Virus record (IMG/VR): IMGVR_UViG_2576861548_000003
Span: 45,909-109,908 of that record
Origin: a virus
Lineage: Duplodnaviria; Caudoviricetes
Length of the DNA stretch: 64,000 bases
Strand: one strand, 5' to 3'
The notes under the pieces: generated by a model
Database searches by the model: none
Told to the model about the DNA's origin: nothing
Seen by the model: only the letters and a program-made list of their open reading frames with translations
Shown here: positions 37,189-46,000 of the stretch, one piece after another
How positions within the stretch are numbered: position 1 is the stretch's first letter
Layout of the letters: every line of letters begins with the position of its first letter
Position numbers and translations under genes: made by a program

Positions 37189-37650
37189 ATGGGTATAAGA
37201 ATGGCTACCAAACTTGATGAAATTCATAATACACTTATGAGGGAGGCACAACGGGTTGAAAGGCTAACAATACGCGCTTTGTCGTATCTTGGAGAACAAT
37301 GTGTTATCAGGGTACGTGATAGAGGTGGTGATAAAAGTTGGTATGATCAGTCTGGTAATTTGCGTAGTTCAGTTGGCTATGTAATAGCCCGTAATGGCAG
37401 TATTATCCAATACTCGGACTTTAATCAGGTGAAGCAGGGTTCACAAGGTGTAAAAGTCGGTAAAGACCTGGCAGAAGAACTGGCTAGAAGATATTCCAAT
37501 GACTATGTTCTTGTTATTGTTGCCGGAATGAATTATGCTGAATATGTAGAAGCGATGGATAACAAGGATGTATTAGCATCAACGGAGCTATGGGCTATAG
37601 AACAGGTCCCTAAGATGCTTGAAAAACTGAAAAAACAGATTGCTAGATGA
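37189..37650 (+). CDS. Neck/tail completion protein (HK97 gp10-like)
   Basis: DQSGNLRSS...GMNYAEYVE. Confidence 0.75.
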   Translation: MGIRMATKLDEIHNTLMREAQRVERLTIRALSYLGEQCVIRVRDRGGDKSWYDQSGNLRSSVGYVIARNGSIIQYSDFNQVKQGSQGVKVGKDLAEELARRYSNDYVLVIVAGMNYAEYVEAMDNKDVLASTELWAIEQVPKMLEKLKKQIAR

Positions 37651-38069
37651 AATCGGACATTGAAATACAGAAGTTTGTCTATCACAAGATTAAAGGTACA
37701 GCTCTTGAACAAAATGTTACTGGAAAATTGAGTGATAGAGGTAGACCTAACAAATCAGACAAGGAAGATATTGTCATATCAGTACTTGCTAATGAGGGGT
37801 GCGGTCAAATTCAACGGGCTTATGTGAATATCAATGTTTACGTTAGTGACCAATGGAATGAAGATACGAAACAATGGGAACGAAATACAGTCCGTGTAGG
37901 CAAATTATGCGAATTATGTAAGTTCCTTTTCTCCATACGAGAGGAAGAGTATCATACGGTACCTAAGCAATGTTCTCAGAAAACCATTCCAACAGGAGTG
38001 ACCTTTGAAGATGGACATACCGAACATTTCATTAATAACAAACTGTATATTGAGATAAATAACGAATAA
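37647..38069 (+). CDS. Tail terminator
   Basis: Synteny and size. Confidence 0.55.
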   Translation: MKSDIEIQKFVYHKIKGTALEQNVTGKLSDRGRPNKSDKEDIVISVLANEGCGQIQRAYVNINVYVSDQWNEDTKQWERNTVRVGKLCELCKFLFSIREEEYHTVPKQCSQKTIPTGVTFEDGHTEHFINNKLYIEINNE

Positions 38070-38098
38070 TTATTAACTATATTAAATGATATAGAATT

Positions 38099-38647
38099 AT
38101 GGCAGTAATCGGGTGGGGGAAACCACGTATATTTATTAAAGATTTGGATGCAAGTTCTCCAAAGTGGGAAGAGCTTCCGACTCCTGTAGAGGATTCTACA
38201 CAATTGACAACAACCAAAGGAGATAAACAGGAAGCCAAGATTGAAGGTGGGGAAAACGAAGACGTAAAGTATGGCAAAAATACTTATGCTCTTGCTCTCA
38301 ACATTCGTGCCGCAAAGGGACGCAAAAGACCTATTAGTGATAGTGATGGTGTAGTTGCTCACAATTACGCTATTGCGTTACAGCCGGAGGATCCGGAAGT
38401 TCAGGGTTTCTGTATGGAAAAGACTACTGTTTCTGTTGAAGATACATTTACTACGGCAGATGGTGGTGTTTGGGCGTATATGTTTGATGCATTAAAACCT
38501 GGTGCCGACAAAAAGCAAATTCAATGGGGTAAAATTATTGTAACTCCGAACACTGGTACACCAACTAAAATTGAATGTGATCCAGAAGATGAATCCGGAG
38601 ATGGGGATAAGTTTGAAGTAGCTCCTAATCCTGGTATAGGAGGTTAA
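38099..38647 (+). CDS. Major tail tube protein
   Basis: Synteny; beta-rich 182 aa. Confidence 0.7.
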   Translation: MAVIGWGKPRIFIKDLDASSPKWEELPTPVEDSTQLTTTKGDKQEAKIEGGENEDVKYGKNTYALALNIRAAKGRKRPISDSDGVVAHNYAIALQPEDPEVQGFCMEKTTVSVEDTFTTADGGVWAYMFDALKPGADKKQIQWGKIIVTPNTGTPTKIECDPEDESGDGDKFEVAPNPGIGG

Positions 38648-38695
38648 GTTTTGATAGGTAATGCCGAGCGTGGGGGCGTAGTACCCACGTGTTTT

Positions 38696-38766
38696 GCGGA
38701 GATGGTGTAATGGTTGCATATATATCATCCAGATATCAGGTTACGGTTCAAGTCCGTATCTCCGCT
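38696..38766 (+). tRNA. Second atypical tRNA-Gly(TCC)-like gene
   Basis: GCGGAGA/TCTCCGC+T73, D-arm GTGT/GCAT, T-arm TACGG-TTCAAGT-CCGTA, anticodon loop CATCCAG (A instead of U33). Confidence 0.7.
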
Positions 38767-38843
38767 CTGTTTTTTGAGAATCTGATTTGTTGTTCATAAT
38801 TTAATGTCGGTTGTCTGTGAAGATAGCCGATAAAAAATAATTG

Positions 38844-39560
38844 ATGATGAAAGAAACTATAAAAGATATAGACGCGGATATTGCTGATATAATAATGAGC
38901 GTTCCGAGAGGATTTAAAGTGGGTAAAAGAAAGTTCTATCTTTATCCTATTACTCTTGGTAAAACATATCTTATTTCACGCCTTATGTCTTCCTTGAATA
39001 TAAATCTAAAAATAGTACACGCTAATCCATACATGGAGGCTTTAAGGCTATGCCAAGACAAGAAAAATATTGTATGCCGTATATTATCCTATCACACAAT
39101 TAATAAGAAAAAAGATTTGTTTGATAATGATGTGATTCAGGAAAGATGTGATTTTTTTATTAAAGAACTTGATAATGAAAGTTTGGCACAACTGCTTGTG
39201 ATGGTCCTTTCCGAAGGGGATATATCTCAATTTACTAAGCATTTAGGCATTGACAAAGAAAAAGAGTGGCAAGAAAAGGCGATGAAGGCTAAAAGAGACA
39301 ATAATTCTTTCGTTTTCGGTGGAAAAAGTATATACGGTACACTAATAAGTTCTGCTTGTGAACGTTATGGCTGGACTTTTGAATATGTTGTATGGGGAAT
39401 AAGCTATGCCAATCTGCAACTACTTCTTGCCGATTCTATAACGTCTATCTATTTGTCTGACGAAGAACGTAAGCGAGTTAATATACCTAAAGACCGCAAC
39501 GTGATAAATGCTGATGATCCGGCAAATATGGCAAGGATTAAGGCAATGAAATGGGATTGA
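38844..39560 (+). CDS. Tail assembly chaperone
   Basis: Between MTP and tape measure; LYPITLG..ERYGWTFEYVVWGISYANL. Confidence 0.65.
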   Translation: MMKETIKDIDADIADIIMSVPRGFKVGKRKFYLYPITLGKTYLISRLMSSLNINLKIVHANPYMEALRLCQDKKNIVCRILSYHTINKKKDLFDNDVIQERCDFFIKELDNESLAQLLVMVLSEGDISQFTKHLGIDKEKEWQEKAMKAKRDNNSFVFGGKSIYGTLISSACERYGWTFEYVVWGISYANLQLLLADSITSIYLSDEERKRVNIPKDRNVINADDPANMARIKAMKWD

Positions 39561-39565
39561 TTCAA

Positions 39566-39710
39566 CATAAATGTATGCAATAACTGGGTTTCTTCGGAAA
39601 TAACCCCAGTTTCTTCCGAAATAACCCCAGTTTCTTCGAAAATAATACGGTATTATTCCGTGATTAATCACTGATTATTCCGTGATCACTACGTCAACAC
39701 TACGTGATTT
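39566..39710. repeat. Intergenic ~21-bp-period array containing inverted copies of the rep iterons plus other short repeats
   Basis: ataaccccagtttcttc.gaa x3; GTTTCTTCGGAAATAACC (39588-39605) is the exact reverse complement of 8254-8271; then ttattccgtgat x2 and cactacgt x2. Confidence 0.85.
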
Positions 39711-40181
39711 TTAAAATATATTAATTCTTATCTGTTTTATATTGAATATAGATAAAAATATCTATATTTGCATCTGTAACAAGTACGAGATGTTACCAGA
39801 CATTGATTCAGTATTCTCCTGTACGGAGTTTATATATGAATAGCCTCGTAGTAGCTCGTACCTATTACGGGGCTTTCTATTTAAAGCCAGTTATACAATC
39901 GGTTCTATCAGTGCCAACCGTTCCGAACTTTGACAGCGGAGAGATAAAATGGCTCTTATGTTTTGCACTATATGTCTTTTATTGGAAAGTCCTGCTCTGT
40001 TCCTATCACCTAACAACAGGCGCCCAAGCGTTGTATTACGATAACCAATAAGGGATGAATCAAAGATATTGGAGAAGTATTGAGTGTTAAAGCAACAAAA
40101 TGGATAATTGAAGTTTAATAAAGTCCATCCACCTCCTAATAATTATCTTGGGAGAAAGGGTGAGGTATAAAATTAGTCAAC

Positions 40182-40667
40182 ATGGAAGAGATATATTCGT
40201 TTGAAGAAATTGCAGATTATATCAATAAGCGTAATTTAGCCGTATCTCCTGAGTACGTTGTTAGTTATTGGACAAAGAAAAAATGGATAACTAAGAAAGG
40301 GACTCCTGTAAAAACATTAGCTGCTGTTGTTGATGTTGCTAATAGCATATTTCTCACTAAAAAGAGAAGAGAGAAAGGAGAGCCAACTTCTAATTTAAAA
40401 TCTCTTCGGAAAATGAAGAGAGAAAAAGAAAAATTAGAATATACTAAATTTACCACTTATAATAACCAACTTCAAGATGATAGATGGATAGCGTTTAGAA
40501 ACTTTGTTCTTACAGCAAGAGGGAAACGTTGTGAAAAATGTGGGAGTGACAAACATATTAAAATACATCATCCATATTATATTAAAGGAAGAGCTGCATG
40601 GGAATACAACTGCTTAGATGTTATCGTATTATGTAGTTGTTGTCATGAAAAAGAGCATCACATTTAA
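40182..40667 (+). CDS. HNH endonuclease with an N-terminal helical domain resembling phage replication-protein C-termini
   Basis: CEKCG..IHH..WEY..LCSCCH.EH; N-terminal SFEEIADYI..VSPE..VSYW...W. Confidence 0.75.
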   Translation: MEEIYSFEEIADYINKRNLAVSPEYVVSYWTKKKWITKKGTPVKTLAAVVDVANSIFLTKKRREKGEPTSNLKSLRKMKREKEKLEYTKFTTYNNQLQDDRWIAFRNFVLTARGKRCEKCGSDKHIKIHHPYYIKGRAAWEYNCLDVIVLCSCCHEKEHHI

Positions 40668-40696
40668 AAGAACAATATAACTTTAAATTATAGTTT

Positions 40697-40786
40697 ATGA
40701 ATGAACTTGTTTTCAAAGGTCAGAATGACCAAGTTTTAACAAGCAGCCTATTCAGTCTAAAAGTAAAGGGCAATAAATCACGATAG
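40697..40786 (+). pseudogene. Truncated Rha-type antirepressor N-terminus (29 aa)
   Basis: MNELVFKGQNDQVLTSSL then runs into a terminator. Confidence 0.55.
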
Positions 40787-40812
40787 GCTTTGTGTAACCA
40801 TCGTGATTTATT
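40772..40812. terminator. Bidirectional hairpin between convergent units
   Basis: AATAAATCACGAT...ATCGTGATTTATT. Confidence 0.7.
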
Positions 40813-40843
40813 GGTAGTAAAATAGAACATATATAGCATCTAA

Positions 40844-41716
40844 TTAGGAAACTATTTCTCCAGTATCCTTATTTAATATCAGATGGTATTTCTTTTTTTC
40901 TCCTACTTTGGTAGTGGCTTCAATGTCTAATATTACGTTATCTTTATCTAATGAATATATGGATTGGTTAACTCTTATCTCTTCATCGGTGATGGGTACC
41001 TGCCAAATTAGATATTCATCATATATATACATTGAAAGGTCGACACACATAACCATATTGTCATAGATATATACCATATTACTGTAAGATATAGGCAAGT
41101 AATTATTTCTTTCAATTTCTTTAATCCATCCTTCGGTACCTGTAGCATTATTCCCAATTGTCTGCTTTAAATCACTATCCAATACTCCAATTTCGTAACC
41201 TCCTGTTCTTGTGGTTATATAAATGGCAACATATTCTCCATACCAATCTGCTATTGCTTCTGGATAGAAGACAGTTTCTTCAAAGCCATTATTATGTTCT
41301 TTATCAAAATATTCTTTTTTAAGGACCTTACCATCTTTTATTTTCAAGATGAATTTATGTGGGTGATTAGCCATATTTGCGTATAAGCTAACCAATATAT
41401 AGAAATAGTCGTCTTTTTTTAAGGCACTTTGAAGAAAACACCCGTTGACTATATATTCTCTTTTATCTCCGAACCCAAGATCATGAGTGTAATTCTCTGC
41501 TTTATCTTTGATAGTAAATACCTTGTTCCCTGATTCATCAATAGCCTCTATATAGTAATCTCCTTCAAAGATATAGGCTTGTAGTTTTAAATCATCTACT
41601 AAGATAGCACTGTCTATTTTATATTGGGGCTGATCTGGTTCATTAACAAGATTGTCGTTTGAACTACAACTTGTAAATATAATTATTGCTATTATAAAGA
41701 ATAAATTTTTTCTCAT
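40844..41716 (-). CDS. Lipoprotein (moron)
   Basis: MRKNLFFIIAIIIFTSC lipobox; very AT-rich; opposite strand. Confidence 0.8.
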   Translation of the reverse strand: MRKNLFFIIAIIIFTSCSSNDNLVNEPDQPQYKIDSAILVDDLKLQAYIFEGDYYIEAIDESGNKVFTIKDKAENYTHDLGFGDKREYIVNGCFLQSALKKDDYFYILVSLYANMANHPHKFILKIKDGKVLKKEYFDKEHNNGFEETVFYPEAIADWYGEYVAIYITTRTGGYEIGVLDSDLKQTIGNNATGTEGWIKEIERNNYLPISYSNMVYIYDNMVMCVDLSMYIYDEYLIWQVPITDEEIRVNQSIYSLDKDNVILDIEATTKVGEKKKYHLILNKDTGEIVS

Positions 41717-41729
41717 AAGTTGTCTGTTG

Positions 41730-42854
41730 TTATTCCCTTATTGCCATTTTAAGTGATTCTTCTAGTTTTCCTGCATATTTAAATATATCGTCTATACTGT
41801 CAATCTGAAGCCATTCGCAACTCTTGTAGTTATCTAATGGTATTCCTATCTGCTTCTTTCTTGCGCCAATAGAGATACGGCATATCCAAAACCACTGGCT
41901 GTTATCAAGGTTCACGACGAAGTAGCTCTTGTAGTCTCTATAGGTTATACGTGTTACATCCACGCTTTTTCTTAAAATACTTCTTACGATATTGTAAGCA
42001 TCCAATTCTTCTTGCGTCGTTACAACACCGGATTCTTTGTCCATATATACAACTCCGTCCGGGAGTTTCTCTTCTGTATTTTCTGTGGAAGTATTTATGG
42101 ATGTATTGTCTGACATCTGGAGTGGATCAGATGTCTGCTCACCATTCTTTATGGCTGTGTTTAGCCTATCTGAAATGATGTCATTGATAATTGATGAGAT
42201 GGATTTCTTTACAAGTGGAGTGAACATATCTATAACCTTGGATGTGATTTGCCCGGAAGTATATGCTTGGCGGGCGAAGAATCGTACAAATTCAGGTGTT
42301 GGCGATGAAAACTCGTTGTTTAGTATAGACTTTATCTCCGTTGTATATTTAAGTTCATTTGCCGTACTTAGAACATCCTCTTCGTTGTAATATGATTTAT
42401 GAAACTTTTTTAGCTGTTCTATATCCGCATCTGATAACTCAAGCATATCCACAATAAGAAACGGCTTTTCATCCATGATGTTGATTTTCTCCAAGTCTGT
42501 ATAAAAGCGGTATTCTATCCCATTGGTAAGTACTCCAAATCGTGCTTTTGATGCAACAAAATACTTCTGTAGTTGCGTGTCATGCAAGTTTAAGTCCTGT
42601 TTGCAGTGTTTGCATTCTATGAGTATTATTGGGCTTTCGTCCTTCATTATGGCGTAGTCAATCTTTTCTCCCTTTTTCTTTATAAGGTCGCAATCAAGTT
42701 CTGGAATGACTTCAAAAGGATTAAATACATCGTAGCCTAAAGCAGCGATCATAGGCATAATAAATGCTGTTTTCGTAGCCTCTTCTGTAGCTATACTATC
42801 CTTTTGCTTTTGGATACGTTCTGCAAGTTGTAAGATTTGATCTTTAAAGTCCAT
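41730..42854 (-). CDS. Type I restriction HsdR N-terminal domain protein (moron)
   Basis: TEEATKTAFI.P...LGYD..EKIDYAI..IECK..LTNGIEYRFY; own TATATTTG promoter near 42884-42891. Confidence 0.85.
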   Translation of the reverse strand: MDFKDQILQLAERIQKQKDSIATEEATKTAFIMPMIAALGYDVFNPFEVIPELDCDLIKKKGEKIDYAIMKDESPIILIECKHCKQDLNLHDTQLQKYFVASKARFGVLTNGIEYRFYTDLEKINIMDEKPFLIVDMLELSDADIEQLKKFHKSYYNEEDVLSTANELKYTTEIKSILNNEFSSPTPEFVRFFARQAYTSGQITSKVIDMFTPLVKKSISSIINDIISDRLNTAIKNGEQTSDPLQMSDNTSINTSTENTEEKLPDGVVYMDKESGVVTTQEELDAYNIVRSILRKSVDVTRITYRDYKSYFVVNLDNSQWFWICRISIGARKKQIGIPLDNYKSCEWLQIDSIDDIFKYAGKLEESLKMAIRE

Positions 42855-42958
42855 GCTTTTATTGTTGTATAATAATATATGCACAAATATATTTTATATA
42901 ACAATATAAACAAAATTAAAGATAAAAAAATAATCTATTAAATATGTTTTTGCTATGT

Positions 42959-42995
42959 ATGTGGCATTTAATACGTCACTTTTATTATCTTTGCA
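42959..42995 (+). promoter_or_regulatory. Operator-promoter unit upstream of tape measure
   Basis: atGTGGC-atttaatac-GTCACTTTT-at-TATCTTTG. Confidence 0.65.
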
Positions 42996-43039
42996 ATGCC
43001 GTGTGATGTTGCACGGAACTATTTCTATCGAAAAGACTT

Positions 43040-46000
43040 ATGGCTGGATTACACTTCGACATAACCGGTGACAACTCCAACTTTATACGTAAACTTCATG
43101 AGTGTGAAAATGGAGTAAAAAACACATCCCGACAAATAGAACAAAGTGGGTTAGGTATAGAAGATTTATTTAACCGTATGACTAAAGCTGCTGCCGCATT
43201 CGGAGTTGGTTTCACTGCGAAAGAATTAATTTCAAATATAGCACATGTTCGCGGCGAGTTTCAACAATTGGAAGTTGCATTTAAGACAATGCTTGGTAGC
43301 GAAGATAAAGCTAATGCTCTTATGCAACAGTTGGTCAAAACAGCTGCTACTACACCATTTGATTTGCAAGGAGTTGCAAATGGAGCCAAACAGCTTCTTG
43401 CTTACGGAGAAAACGTTGAGAATGTCAATGATGATTTGATACGTCTTGGGAATATAGCAGCAGGTCTTTCTCAGCCGCTTGGTGATATTGTGTATTTGTA
43501 CGGTACTACCATGACGCAAGGACGGTTATACACGGCGGATTTAAACCAATTTACTGGCCGTGGTATCCCTATGATTCGCGAATTAGCAAAAGTATTTGGT
43601 GTCGCTGAAGGGAAAGTAAAAGGTTTGGTTGAAGCAGGGAGGGTTGGTTTTCCTGAAGTGCAGAAAGTTATCCAGAATCTTACAAATGAAGGTGGAATGT
43701 TTTTCAACTTGATGCAGGAACAATCTAAAACGATTGCTGGTCAGATTTCAAATATTGAAGATGCAATTGCTACTATGTTCAATGAAATTGGTAAAGCCAA
43801 TGAAGGTATTATCAATGATGCTTTGTCTGGGGTTTCTTATCTGGTTGAAAACTACGAAAAGGTAGGAGCTCTTTTATTAGAAATAGTAGGAACTTATGGA
43901 GTATACCGTACAGCCCTTATGGCTACGACTGCATTGCAGGCTTTGCAAGCTTCCGGTATAACTGCTTTAACGGCGAAAGAAGCTATTCATTATGGGTGGT
44001 TAGTGCTTACGAAGAAAGCTCAAGATGCCTTAAATTTATCCATGCTTAAAAATCCTTATATATTGGTTGCTGCATCTATTGCAGGATTGGTTTATGGTAT
44101 ATATAAATTTGCTACAGCAGAAAGTGATACGGAACAAGCAATTCGTAAAACGAACGATGCACTTGAGGCACAAAATAATCATTATGAAGAGTTGAAAAAT
44201 AAGGCAAGTCAACTCTCTAATATTTTAAGTGATGAATCTAAATCTATAGAAGAGCGTTTCATTGCATATCGTAAACTTCAGCGTTTAATGCCAGAAGTTT
44301 TTAAAGATATGGATTGGGAAGCAGCTAAACGGAAAACAAATGCTGAGCTTACAAAACTTGAGAATGATGAACTTTTAAGACAGCAACGTATTGGGCTAAA
44401 AACAAAGGTTGTAATGTCTCAACAAAAAATACAGGGGCTAAGGAGTAGCTTAATAAAAACTCAAAATGCTGGTGGGTATACTGGGGCATTAAAGGAAGAT
44501 TTAGCTGCTGCTGAAAAAGAATTGGAAATATATCAAGAGGCCCTTAAGGCTTTTGAGGAAGCCAAAGAAGAATCGAAAAAAGCTAAAAATGCTCCAACTG
44601 TACAAGACAAAGAATATTGGGAGAATCAAAAAAAAGAAGCTGAAAATGCCTTAGAATCTATTGCATCTTCTCAAAAGAGATTGTTGGACGCTGGTAACTT
44701 TAAAGGTATAGATACTGCTGTTGTAAAGAGTTACAAGGATAATGTTAAAAAGCTAAAGGAGGCTGAAAAAGAACTGAAGGTTTATGACACCTCTTCCAAA
44801 CAGGAATCTGCTGCTGAAAAACTTCGCAAACAGCAAGAAGGCATTCGTTCCCAGAATGATAAGATCTCTGAAATAGAACGCAAACAGGCAATCCAGCGTA
44901 AAAGGCAGGCTGAAGATATGGAAATGGAAATCTCACAGTCTGAGATCAATGCCATGGCTGATGGATCTGAGAAAAAACGTATGCAGAGGGAATTGGATAA
45001 CCGGAAAGAGATCCAATCACTGGAAAGGCAAAAAGAAGATATGATCCAGGCTGTAATTCAAGCTGAGAAAGAGATTTTTGATGCTCAGGAAGAGTTGAAG
45101 GTTAAAGAGAATAACAAATATCAGAAAAAGACTTTTGATTCTTCTAAGGTGGATACAGAGAAGATTAGCTCTATCTGGGATACCATTATAGGGAACACGT
45201 CTAGAAAGCAACTTGATGATAAAATACGCGAACAAGAGGCGTCTTGGAACGAATATCTTATCAAGTTTGGCAACTATCAACAGAAAAGGCTGGCCATTAT
45301 TGAGAAATATGATAGGGCCATAAAGGAGGCCGAAACGGCGGGGGATGTAGCTATCTTGATGAAAGAGAAAGCTAATGCGCTTGATGATTTTGACAACTCC
45401 GTAAAGAATAGTACAACCTTAATGGGGCAGCTCTTTGCTGATGCTTCCCAAAAGAGTGTGAACGAGATTCAGTCCATCATTGCAAAAGCCGAATTATTGA
45501 TGCAATACCTTGGTGCCGTTAAGGATGAACAGGGAAATGCTCAAATCGGTGGAAAGACAGTTTCAAAGAAGGATATTTTAGGTCTTGGGATAAGTGACAA
45601 TACCCTTCAAAATTTAGAACTTTCAACCGAGCAAACAGAGGCACTAAGAAATGCTATTGGTCGTTTAAAAGAGGAATTGGGAGCAAAGAGTCCTTTTGCG
45701 CTTTTCAAAAAGCAAGTAAAAGAAGCGGCAGGTGAAATAGCGAAAGGAGGTCAGGAAAATATTGCTCGAGGGATTGCAGGGATCGGAAGTGCTATTGTTC
45801 AATTTACTCCTGCTATATCTCAGTTTGGTCAGGATCTTGGTACAATATTTGGCAACGACGATCTTGGTAATAAAATAGCTGGTATTTCTGATGCGTTAGG
45901 TGGAGTTGGCCAAACAGCCATGGGAGTTGGCCAGATAATGTCTGGTGATATTGTAGGTGGTGCTATGAGTGCTGTTTCCGGTATTTCATCAGTTGTAAAG

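Noticed and set aside
38844-39560. Programmed frameshift in the tail assembly chaperone
   Set aside because: A single ORF appears to span both chaperone parts and no second overlapping frame follows
39579-39645. CRISPR array
   Set aside because: Units are tandem with no unique spacers and there are no cas genes; they match rep iterons instead
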